Shown piece by piece: positions 35,422-43,881 of a stretch of 64,000 nt of DNA. Position 1 is the first letter of the stretch. Each line of letters opens with the position of its first letter. Both the position numbers and the translations under genes were made by a program. The notes beneath the pieces were generated by a model that had not been told where the DNA came from, made no database searches, and saw only the letters and a list, made by a program, of their open reading frames with translations. Source of the DNA: Verrucomicrobiota bacterium (lineage in GTDB: Bacteria; Verrucomicrobiota; Verrucomicrobiia; Limisphaerales; UBA9464); the NCBI GenBank assembly GCA_017309115.1, contig JAFLEF010000037.1, forward strand, positions 4,350 through 68,349, in the 5' to 3' direction.

Positions 35422-38400
35422 CTACGGTACCGCCCGGTAGAACGTCGTTCCGACCGCCGTTGTGGTGAAGGGACTCGTCGCGCCCACCACCGAAGTGAAT
35501 GGTCCGGCCAACGAAGGCGCTGATTGCAGCGTTCCGGTGTAGATGATTGTGATCGAATCGCCGGTCGCGGAGATGGCCACCGTCGGAGTCGTTGTTGCCG
35601 TCACTACGTTGACCACTTCGGAAGTTACAAACCGACCCGGAACACCCACTACCACTCGGTAGTCCGACTCAAAGTCCGCCGGTTGGATCGCGAAGAAGCT
35701 CAGGTCCGAGCCAATCTCATTGGGCAGGTCCACAAAACCCGACCCGGAGTCCCGTTGCCACTGGTAGGTGAACGTGGTCGGAGTGCCTTGACGGGTGACC
35801 ACGGCTTCAGAATCGAAGGTGACCCGCGTCGGCGGATCGATTGTGGAGAGGGTGAAACTCTTGATGGCCCAACTGGGCAAACTGGCTCGGGAGCAGTCAT
35901 CCCAGGCCCCCAGGAACTGCACCGCGACCCGATCGCCCGCAGCGAACACCCCCAGGACCGCTGTCGTGGTGATGAACTCACCCGCCGCGTACCCCGCCGA
36001 GTCTCCGTTAAAGGCATACTGCCCATTGATCACCCCGCCCCCCTGAATGGTCCGACCAGTGGCGTAGCCGTTGGAGACAAAGTTCTCCTTCGGAACCAGC
36101 ACAAACGGTCCGCCGTTCGTACTCACCAGGATTTGTCCGCCGTCCCAGTAGTCGCTTTCGAACGAATACCGATGGGTCAGGCTGATCATGACCGCCTGGG
36201 ACGCTGGCACCACAAACTCCGGACTGATCAGCCGCGAATTGTAAGGACCATCGCACCCTTCCGAGGAACCATCCGCCGTCCAGGTCCCCGACCCGCTATC
36301 GTAAAGGAACGGTCCCGGTGGCTCAGGGGTGGTGTTGGTCACAGTGAACCCACCCCCGGAGGTGGCAAAACTCACATTGGTGAAGGCCACCGGCACGGAA
36401 AGCGGGGCCGCCAACTCATCCGTCGGCTGAAGCGAGAAAGCGATCTCGGCGTTGGGATCCACATAGGAGGCGAAGAATTCACCCGGAATCGGAGGCAACG
36501 CGGTCGCGGCCGTCGAGTCCGTGGACTTGCGCCACGCCACCCGCAGATAATCCCCGCCGCCACCCTCCTTGAGCAGGGCCAGAATCGCATACTTGCGGCC
36601 CGCCACCAAACTGATGGGAGTGGCGGTCGTGGCAGCGTCCCCGGCATCCGGTTCGGCGTAGCCCGCACAGCAGTCCAACTCGAAGATGATCGGTGCATCT
36701 ACCGCCGGATTGGGCGGAGTTTCATTCGAACTCAGGTACACCCGCGAAGCATCGTCCGAGGAAACGAAGAAGTAGTAGTCTCCCGATTCCGTCGGCGTGA
36801 TGAAGCCGGACATCTGGGCGAAGTAGTTTTCGTGACTGTCGTCGGCGAAGAATGTCCGGGTGTCGAATCGGCCGACCAAGTTCCCCAAGGTCGTCGGCTT
36901 TCCTGCCACCACGCGCGAATCGCTCAGTGCGGCCGTAATCGCCGCATCGTTGGCGGCGGGCAGATTGTCGTAGTGCTCGAAGCGGAGAATGCCCTGGGCC
37001 AGAACCCAGGAGCCAAAGCTGATCGAAGCTCCCGCGGCAATGGTCGAGGCCGGAAGCATCTGATCCTTAATGCCCGTCACCGTCACGGTGTAGGTCTGAC
37101 CCGGGGTCTGAGGCGAAGTCGTCAACACCACGATGTTGTCGCCCTCGAGTCCCGGACTGGCGGCAAGAGCGGCGGCAGTGACGGTGAGACCGGGGATTTG
37201 ATAGCTCGACGGATTCTGGGCCGTGACTGGATCCAGCGGCTTCGAGAACCAGATTCGAGCCTGGGTGAAACTGGGGAGTCCAGCGGCGTATTGAATCACC
37301 GGGGCGATTCCATCCGCCGGGAGAACCGAGACGCTGACCGGTGCGCTCGTCGCTGATCCATAGGGATTCGACACCACGACGTCGTACAATCCGGCCAGAG
37401 CCTCGGTCATCGAGGGAATCTCCAGAGACGCATTCGTCTGGGTGTTCAGATCAACCCCGGCCCGCCGCCATTGGAAGCTCACCGGATCGGAACCGCGGGC
37501 CGCCACCGACAGCGCCAGAGTATAACCGGCGTACAACGGTCGGCTCGGAAGCGCTGGCTGGCGGGTGATCACGGGCGCCACTTCGGACGTGAAGTAGAGT
37601 TGTTGCACCTGCTCGGCCGTCAGGGCGGTCGGGAAAACCGCAACTTCATCAATGTCTCCGAGAAAGAAGTCTCCTGCCGTGTTGAAGATCCCACCGCCGC
37701 CAATGTTGAAGGTGTAGGCGCTGGAACCATACGACTCGACCGGACCGGTCATGCGTCCGATCTCGAGACCATTCGCGTAGAGAACGGTGTTGGTCGGGCT
37801 CGCGACCACGGTAAACAGCCCCCATTCGTCGTCCCGGAAGGGATAATTCGCAATGATGTTGCCAGCACGGGCGTTCACGTAGAGCTCTACGCTGGCACCG
37901 CTGTTGGCATCGCCGAATTCCAGCAGATCATTCTGGCCAAAATAGCCGCCCCGACCGCTGTGGATCGCCCCGCGCCGGACCCATCCCGACAGAGTGAACT
38001 CCGTCAGATCATTCAAAGTAAACTGGGTTCCGACGTAGCCTGCGGCGCCATTGAAGCGACCCGCGAGGTTCGACGGGTCGAATCCGGAAAAGGCCGGCGG
38101 ACGCGGTCCTTCGACGGCCACGGTCATTCCCGGATTGAAGGAACCGTCTGCTGCCGCGCCGATGCTTCCCTGATTCTTAGCCACGGGCAGCGAGGAGGGC
38201 GGCGTGTAGGCGGACTCACCCAGGCGGTAGTACGCAAGGGGAGCCGACGCCAGTACCAGCGAGTTGTACGGAGTGGTCGGAGTAGCACTCGTGCCATTCG
38301 CAAAGTGCGCGGAAATCTGAGCCGCGCTCAGTGCGGTCGGGTACAAGGCCACTTCATCCGCCGAACCATTCCAGTAGAACGAAGCATCGGCGCGTCCGGC

Positions 38401-39063
38401 AATGGCCAGGCCACCTGAAGCGCCCGGGACATAGCCCGTGGGAGTTCCTTCGGCCGCCATCTGGCCATTCACATACAGTTTGGCCACGGTTCCGTCGTAG
38501 ACCGCCACCACATGATACCAGAGTCCTGGCGTCGGCGCTCCCCCGCCCGTGATGCTCAACGATGTGGCCGTGCCTTTGTTGTCGTACATCCGCAGGTTCC
38601 ACCCGGTCTCGGACTGATAGATCAGCCATCCCGTGCGCGGAGAGGCAAATTGCCCCGCCGAAAGAGCGCAGGTCAGCGTGCCCGATCCCGCGTCGAATGA
38701 GGTGCCAGGATTGAGCCAAGCTTCCACCGTAAACGGTGCGGCGGGATGCAAAGCCGGCAGATAGGGAACCAGCGCATAACTCCCCGCAGTGCCGTCAAAA
38801 TACGCCGCCGAATCGGTACTGCCGGCGAGGGCACCGGTGACCGGATGGCTGGCAAGGCCCAAATAGAACGCGTTGGCAGGGGAGCCCACCGAGCCCAGAT
38901 TGGACGCCACATCCGCCGGAGGTAGAGGCGTCGATTCATCGAGCTGCCAATACGCCAGGGGATTAAGGCCGGTTACCGTCGAGACGAAATCCGCCTTCGA
39001 CGTGGAGAGGGCGCTACTGACGAGCGCCACCATGCTGACAAGTTTCAGGAGTCGACTTTTCAT
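35422..39063 (-). CDS. Giant secreted LamG-repeat / Ig-like / PA14-like protein (1213 aa) with a C-terminal FYRA module
   Basis: The ATG at 39063 gives MKSRLLKLVSMVALVSSALSTSKA, a signal peptide. Repeated LamG_3-type blocks occur (LAYWQLDES..., DEVALYPTALSAAQI, DEVAVFPTALTAEQV). There is an I-set Ig-like block (PVITRQP...FQWRRAG...YDVVVSNPYGSATS) and a PA14-like block (FEHYDN...GFITPTESGDYYFFVSSDDASRVYLS). Confidence 0.8.
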   Translation of the reverse strand: MKSRLLKLVSMVALVSSALSTSKADFVSTVTGLNPLAYWQLDESTPLPPADVASNLGSVGSPANAFYLGLASHPVTGALAGSTDSAAYFDGTAGSYALVPYLPALHPAAPFTVEAWLNPGTSFDAGSGTLTCALSAGQFASPRTGWLIYQSETGWNLRMYDNKGTATSLSITGGGAPTPGLWYHVVAVYDGTVAKLYVNGQMAAEGTPTGYVPGASGGLAIAGRADASFYWNGSADEVALYPTALSAAQISAHFANGTSATPTTPYNSLVLASAPLAYYRLGESAYTPPSSLPVAKNQGSIGAAADGSFNPGMTVAVEGPRPPAFSGFDPSNLAGRFNGAAGYVGTQFTLNDLTEFTLSGWVRRGAIHSGRGGYFGQNDLLEFGDANSGASVELYVNARAGNIIANYPFRDDEWGLFTVVASPTNTVLYANGLEIGRMTGPVESYGSSAYTFNIGGGGIFNTAGDFFLGDIDEVAVFPTALTAEQVQQLYFTSEVAPVITRQPALPSRPLYAGYTLALSVAARGSDPVSFQWRRAGVDLNTQTNASLEIPSMTEALAGLYDVVVSNPYGSATSAPVSVSVLPADGIAPVIQYAAGLPSFTQARIWFSKPLDPVTAQNPSSYQIPGLTVTAAALAASPGLEGDNIVVLTTSPQTPGQTYTVTVTGIKDQMLPASTIAAGASISFGSWVLAQGILRFEHYDNLPAANDAAITAALSDSRVVAGKPTTLGNLVGRFDTRTFFADDSHENYFAQMSGFITPTESGDYYFFVSSDDASRVYLSSNETPPNPAVDAPIIFELDCCAGYAEPDAGDAATTATPISLVAGRKYAILALLKEGGGGDYLRVAWRKSTDSTAATALPPIPGEFFASYVDPNAEIAFSLQPTDELAAPLSVPVAFTNVSFATSGGGFTVTNTTPEPPGPFLYDSGSGTWTADGSSEGCDGPYNSRLISPEFVVPASQAVMISLTHRYSFESDYWDGGQILVSTNGGPFVLVPKENFVSNGYATGRTIQGGGVINGQYAFNGDSAGYAAGEFITTTAVLGVFAAGDRVAVQFLGAWDDCSRASLPSWAIKSFTLSTIDPPTRVTFDSEAVVTRQGTPTTFTYQWQRDSGSGFVDLPNEIGSDLSFFAIQPADFESDYRVVVGVPGRFVTSEVVNVVTATTTPTVAISATGDSITIIYTGTLQSAPSLAGPFTSVVGATSPFTTTAVGTTFYRAVP

Positions 39064-39326
39064 GCGTCGGGAACTGGCGACGGAAGACGATTCCCGGATG
39101 ACATCCATCACCGGGTCTTCTCGTAGCGGACTACGGCATCGCGGTGTCCGACCGGGGCCATCGGACAACAACACCGCGTCAAATTGCGCTTGGAGATTTA
39201 GTCTTCCCTCACCGCTGATTCGGCCGGTTGCACCTTTTGGACCAAGCGGGCACGGCCACCGGAATTTGTATGAGATTACGCGGCCAGGGCTCCTTTCGAT
39301 CCTCACCATCCCGCCGCTTCATCCTG

Positions 39327-39361
39327 AAAAAACCCAAGAAACGGCCTAATTCAGGCCGTTT
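39327..39361. terminator. Orphan terminator-like hairpin inside a divergent intergenic region
   Basis: Stem aaacggcct (39339..39347) pairs with aggccgttt (39353..39361) around the loop aattc. An A6 run lies upstream (39327..39332) and TTTT follows downstream, so it could terminate either strand. Confidence 0.45.
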
Positions 39362-39707
39362 TCAACCACTACTGCCCGACCCGAGAAGAACTTTCCTTCA
39401 GATTCTGCCCAGCCTGAAGAGAATGAGGCATCGTGTCGCACCGAACTGTACAAAATTCAACCCCGCCCATTGACGTCGTGTCAGCGGAATCGCCAGGACT
39501 CTCCCTGATCCAGCCGGGTGCAACCAAAGCCAGCCGACGGGCGCACGGCATCCAAGAACAAGACAGCGGCCAATCGGCAGAGTGATCGCATCAGTCGCCT
39601 CCGGAACCGAATCGGCCTTCGCGTTCTCTAGACGACCCACCCCAATTGAAATCTTTTCGCGATGGACGGTTGCGGGATTCTCGACGGGGTGTTTAATACG
39701 TCTACGT

Positions 39708-40991
39708 ATGAATTCCGTGGAGACGTTCGATTGCATCGTGATTGGGGGCGGTCCGGCCGGTTGCGCGGCCGCCACAATCCTGGCGGAGTACGGGCATCGG
39801 GTGGTGGTGCTCGAGCGGGAAAAGTTCCCTCGCTATCACATCGGGGAATCCATGATTCCGTTCACCTACCCGTCTTTGGAGCGCTTGGGACTGGTGCCAG
39901 TCATGAAACAGTCCGGGTTCGTCAAAAAGTACTCGGTTCAGTTCGTCTCCCCCTCCGGCCACGCCTCGCAGCCCTTCTACTTTTTCAATCGCTACGACCG
40001 CGAAACGATCGCCCAGACGTGGCAGGTGCTCCGCAGCGAGTTCGACGAGATCCTCATGGGCCAGGCCCGCAGCAAAGGCGCCGATGTCCGCGAGCAGCAC
40101 ACCGTGGAGGAGTTCCTTCGCGAAGAAGGTCGCTACGTAGGCGTTCGCGCCCGGAATGCCGACGGTGAGCAATTCGAGTTTCGTGCTCCCGTTACCATTG
40201 ATGCCAGCGGCCGGGATGCTGTAGCCGCCACCCGCAACGCCTGGCGACGAGGCGATCCGATGCTCAACAAGGTGGCGGTTTGGACCTACTACGAAGGTTC
40301 CAAACGCGATGCCGGTCTGGACGAGGGACAAACCACCGTGGCCTTCATCCCCCACAAAGGCTGGTTTTGGCACATTCCGCAGCACAACAACCGGGTCAGC
40401 GTCGGCGTGGTGGCGGATGGCAAGTATCTGACTCGGGACGGTCTCAAGGATCCCCAAGCCATCTTCGAACGGGAAATTCCCAGCAACAAATGGATTCAGG
40501 ATCGTCTGTCCACCGGGACTTGCACCGGCGAGTACTGGCTGACCGCCGAATACACTTTCCGCTCCGAATACTGCTCCGCTGACGGATTGATCCTCGTGGG
40601 CGATGCCTACGGGTTTCTGGATCCCGTGTTTTCCAGCGGCCTGATGCTCGCGTTGAAGAGCGGCGTGGCGGGAGCTGATGCCGTGCACGAAGCCCTGGTC
40701 GCAGGCGATACCTCTGCCGAACGCTTCCGCGCGTACGGTGAGATGATGCAGCGCAGCATGGAGAACATGCGGAAGCTCGTTTACGCCTTCTACGATCCGA
40801 ACGTCAGTTTCCGCACGGTGACCGAACGCTTCCCCGAAATGAACGGAGCCCTGACGGACTGCCTTTCGGGCGACATGGAAAAGGATTATTCGGCGCTGCA
40901 TCAGGCTTTGGGCGAGTGGACCAAAGTCCCGGACGATTTGCCCTACGGACGTCCGCAACCCCGCCGCACGCCGGAGCTTGTCGCCGCGTGA
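39708..40991 (+). CDS. FAD-dependent oxidoreductase of the flavin-dependent halogenase-like family
   Basis: The ATG at 39708 is followed by FDCIVIGGGPAGCAAATILAEYGHRVVVLEREKFPRYHIGESMIP (GxGxxG). GWFWHIP fits the WxWxIP halogenase motif. Confidence 0.7.
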   Translation: MNSVETFDCIVIGGGPAGCAAATILAEYGHRVVVLEREKFPRYHIGESMIPFTYPSLERLGLVPVMKQSGFVKKYSVQFVSPSGHASQPFYFFNRYDRETIAQTWQVLRSEFDEILMGQARSKGADVREQHTVEEFLREEGRYVGVRARNADGEQFEFRAPVTIDASGRDAVAATRNAWRRGDPMLNKVAVWTYYEGSKRDAGLDEGQTTVAFIPHKGWFWHIPQHNNRVSVGVVADGKYLTRDGLKDPQAIFEREIPSNKWIQDRLSTGTCTGEYWLTAEYTFRSEYCSADGLILVGDAYGFLDPVFSSGLMLALKSGVAGADAVHEALVAGDTSAERFRAYGEMMQRSMENMRKLVYAFYDPNVSFRTVTERFPEMNGALTDCLSGDMEKDYSALHQALGEWTKVPDDLPYGRPQPRRTPELVAA

Positions 40992-41014
40992 AACGAGTCT
41001 AGCCTGAGCCCGTC

Positions 41015-42370
41015 GTGAACATCGTCCAGATCACTCCGGGAGCCGGTGGCATGTACTGCGGAAATTGCTTCCGCGACAACGCGCTGGTGGCGGCGCTCCG
41101 GCGCCAGGGACATCAGGCGCTGATGGTGCCGCTGTACCTCCCAATGACTCTGGACGAAGAGTCGACCCGAGCCGACACGCCGACCTTCTTCGGTGGGTTA
41201 AACGTTTTCTTCGATCAGAAATTCGCCTGGTACCGGCGAGCTCCCCATTGGTTTCGAAAACTGTTTGATGCCCAGTTCCTGCTCAAACTCGCCGCCGGCA
41301 AAGCCGCCAAAACCCGGGCCACCGACGTCGGCGAACTGACGGTCTCGATGCTCGAAGGCGAGCGAGGCAATCAGGCCCGGGACCTGGATGAACTCGTCGC
41401 GTGGCTGAAGGAACACGTCAAACCCGATGCGGTGTTCCTGTCCAATGCCCTCCTGATCGGCTTCAGCCGGCGCCTGAAGGAAGAACTGGGAACCCGGGTG
41501 GTGTGCTTTCTGCAAAGCGAGGAATCCTTCCTCGACTCGATCCCGGAGCCCTGGAAAACCCGGTCGTGGGACACGCTGATTGAGCGGGCGCCGGATGTAG
41601 ATTCCTGGATCGCCCCGAGTCGCTACTTTGCCGGTCGGATGAGCGAGCGTCTGGGCCTTCCTTCGGAGAAAATGTCGGTGGTGCCCAATGGCATCCAACT
41701 GGCCGGCTATTCGGAGCTACCCCACCGGATCACCAAGAAACCTGGAGAAACCCTGTACCTCGGTTACTTCGCGCGCATGTGCGCCGACAAGGGTTTGGAC
41801 ACCGTGGTGGACGCCTTCATTGAACTGCGCCGACGCAACCGCATTCCCCACCTGAAACTGCGCATCGGCGGCGGCTGTGGTCCGGGCGACGAAGCATTTG
41901 TGGCGGAACAGAAGGACAAGCTCCAGGCCGCCGGGATTCTCGAGGACGTCTCTTTCCATCCGAACGTCTCGCGGGCCGAGAAGGTTGCGTTCTACGCCAG
42001 CTGCGATGTGTTGTCGGTTCCGGCCAAGATGAGCGAATCTTTTGGCTTGTACGTCATCGAATCCCTGGCCGCCGGGACGCCTCTGGTCCAACCCGAAGCC
42101 GCGACGTATCCGGAACTACTCTCCGACACCCAGGGTGGAGTCCTCTGCGGACCCAACAACGTGGGTGCCCTGGTGGCCACGCTGGAGCCCCTGCTGCTGG
42201 ATCCGGCCAAGCTGCGAACCTTGGGCGAAGCCGGTCGAAAAGCAGTGTTCGAGCGTTACACCGACGATCTCATGGCCGAACGTATCATCGGCGCCCTGAG
42301 TCACCCGCGGACCGAGGCGACCCGCCCGCTCCGAGTTCCCTCCCCGGGAAACAACCGCACGACTTCGTAA
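41015..42370 (+). CDS. Glycosyltransferase family 4 (GT-B, RfaB-like)
   Basis: GTG start. The C-terminal GT1/GT4 signature is SFGLYVIESLAAGTPLVQPEAATYPELL, and the length is typical. Confidence 0.8.
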   Translation: MNIVQITPGAGGMYCGNCFRDNALVAALRRQGHQALMVPLYLPMTLDEESTRADTPTFFGGLNVFFDQKFAWYRRAPHWFRKLFDAQFLLKLAAGKAAKTRATDVGELTVSMLEGERGNQARDLDELVAWLKEHVKPDAVFLSNALLIGFSRRLKEELGTRVVCFLQSEESFLDSIPEPWKTRSWDTLIERAPDVDSWIAPSRYFAGRMSERLGLPSEKMSVVPNGIQLAGYSELPHRITKKPGETLYLGYFARMCADKGLDTVVDAFIELRRRNRIPHLKLRIGGGCGPGDEAFVAEQKDKLQAAGILEDVSFHPNVSRAEKVAFYASCDVLSVPAKMSESFGLYVIESLAAGTPLVQPEAATYPELLSDTQGGVLCGPNNVGALVATLEPLLLDPAKLRTLGEAGRKAVFERYTDDLMAERIIGALSHPRTEATRPLRVPSPGNNRTTS

Positions 42371-42429
42371 CGCGTTGCGGGAAGACTTTCCCGCTTACCC
42401 CTCAGCTCCCCGCTCTCCGCTCCCTCAAT

Positions 42430-42495
42430 GGTAGGGCGAGGTTCCACCGAGCCGTTCCCGCGTGGAGTAGCGCCGCTCCATTTCGCCCGGACGCG
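42430..42495 (+). repeat. REP-like element, partial copy
   Basis: GGTAGGGCGAGGTTCCACCGAGCCGTTCCCGCGTGG... shares its first ~40 bp with the family. It lacks the closing GCCCTACC. Confidence 0.65.
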
Positions 42496-42510
42496 CCGAA
42501 CAAAGACTGC

Positions 42511-42577
42511 CAAGTCCCACCCTCCCACTTTCTCCCCCTCCCCCATTCCTGTTTTCCTGTGTTCCAGATTCACCTCC
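42511..42577 (+). repeat. C/T-rich repeat (V-type) just downstream of ureG
   Basis: caagtcccaccctcccactttctccccctcccccattcctgttttcctgtgttccagattcacctcc aligns with 53258..53328 and partly with 54290..54340. Confidence 0.7.
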
Positions 42578-42584
42578 CTACCCG

Positions 42585-43370
42585 TCAGTGGGAATGCTCC
42601 ACGCCGTGAGCGTGGGCTCGGGCGTGCAGGATGTGGGCAATGATCTCATCCAGTCCCACGCCGTTCTTTACCTGCGCCATCACAAACGGTCCGTAGCCCC
42701 GCATCTTTTTCGCGTCGCGGGCCATCACCTCCAGATTGGCCCCCACCGCGGGTGCGAGATCGGTCTTGTTGATCACCAACAGATCCGACTGCGTCAGGCC
42801 CGGTCCCCCCTTGCGCGGGATCTTATCTCCGCCGGCCACGTCGATCACCTGGATCGTGAAGTCGGCCAATTCCCGACTGAAACACGCGGCCAAATTGTCG
42901 CCCCCCGATTCCAGCAACAGCAGTTCGGGAGCCACCGCCCGATGCAGATCCTCCAAGGCGAGCAGGTTGGCGGAGATGTCTTCGCGAATGGCCGCGTGGG
43001 GACAGCCACCGGTCTCGACCGCCCGGATCCGTTCCGCCGGGAGCGCCTCGTGTCGCAACAGGAATTCCCCGTCTTCCCGGGTGAAAATGTCGTTGGTCAC
43101 CGCGGCCAGGCTCAGACGATCCCGCAATCGCAAGCAAAGCTGAAGCATGAGCGCGGTCTTGCCACTGCCCACTGGTCCTCCGACCCCGACGGTAAAGGCA
43201 CGCTTCCGATAATCCCGCGCCAACGGCTGATCCCGATCCTGGAAGTGTCCCGGATGCTCCAGATGCTCGTGAGTATGTCCATGCGGCCCGTGGTCGTGGG
43301 AATGGCTGTGGCTGTGGCTGTGCGAATGCGAGTGTCCGTGGGAATGCTCGTGCGAATGTGGGGCGCCCAT
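42585..43370 (-). CDS. ureG: Urease accessory GTPase UreG with a His-rich N-terminal extension
   Basis: ATG at 43370 (the ORF extends to a TTG at 43406). [41 protein letters not shown] is followed by the P-loop [12 protein letters not shown] and the conserved [18 protein letters not shown] and ESGGDNL motifs. Confidence 0.95.
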   Translation of the reverse strand: MGAPHSHEHSHGHSHSHSHSHSHSHDHGPHGHTHEHLEHPGHFQDRDQPLARDYRKRAFTVGVGGPVGSGKTALMLQLCLRLRDRLSLAAVTNDIFTREDGEFLLRHEALPAERIRAVETGGCPHAAIREDISANLLALEDLHRAVAPELLLLESGGDNLAACFSRELADFTIQVIDVAGGDKIPRKGGPGLTQSDLLVINKTDLAPAVGANLEVMARDAKKMRGYGPFVMAQVKNGVGLDEIIAHILHARAHAHGVEHSH

Positions 43371-43446
43371 CGCGGGAATAGTGAGCACAGTCCGTTCGAG
43401 TGGCAAATAGGCAGAGACCGCGAATGGCGAACATGAGTCCGGGCCG

Positions 43447-43878
43447 TCAGCTTCGGGAAGCTAAGTATCCCCGCCATCCGCCAAAGACCGTGATTTCGTG
43501 CTGACCTTCGCACAGCCACGGTTCGCCCAGAACGCCCAACACATCGGTTCCATCGCGCAGTCGAACCTTGCCGATGCTCAATCCCGGCGGTTCGGCCAGA
43601 AGCACTGACGCCAAGCCCGCGGGTGGAACGGCCCAGATCTCCAAGGCGACCGAGGAACCACCTTGGCGAAACCGCATCATCGCCGGATGCCGGTCCCCAA
43701 TGGTCCAGACCCGGTACTCGGGTGCCGTCGCATCCTCGCGCACAAACGTGGCTCCCACCCGCAACAGATTCGGATTGAGTTCCAAACCTCGCATCAGAGT
43801 CCCATTAACGGCCAACCACACAGGAGATGAATCCATAGAAATTCCAGAAGTGGGCCCGCCGATCTGCTCCCCCGACAC
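43447..43878 (-). CDS. Stand-alone homolog of the allophanate hydrolase C-terminal domain (gamma-glutamylcyclotransferase-like fold)
   Basis: [40 protein letters not shown]...[16 protein letters not shown]...[18 protein letters not shown]...[11 protein letters not shown] parallels the AH C-domain pattern as I remember it (VAVVGAH.SG.PLN..L...GA......T.P.YRLY.L...IE.EVW..P...FG.F...IG.V.L.DG....GF..E......DIT.FGGWRAYL). The start is GTG at 43878 or ATG at 43836. Confidence 0.6.
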   Translation of the reverse strand: MSGEQIGGPTSGISMDSSPVWLAVNGTLMRGLELNPNLLRVGATFVREDATAPEYRVWTIGDRHPAMMRFRQGGSSVALEIWAVPPAGLASVLLAEPPGLSIGKVRLRDGTDVLGVLGEPWLCEGQHEITVFGGWRGYLASRS

Positions 43879-43881
43879 GCC

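Noticed and set aside
39369-39775. ORFs 39369..39551 and 39398..39775 (minus strand) in the large divergent intergenic region
   Set aside because: Their composition is not protein-like (R/P/G/C-rich) and no motif is present. The second overlaps the start of the FAD enzyme gene. I treat the region as non-coding, and possibly as encoding an RNA.
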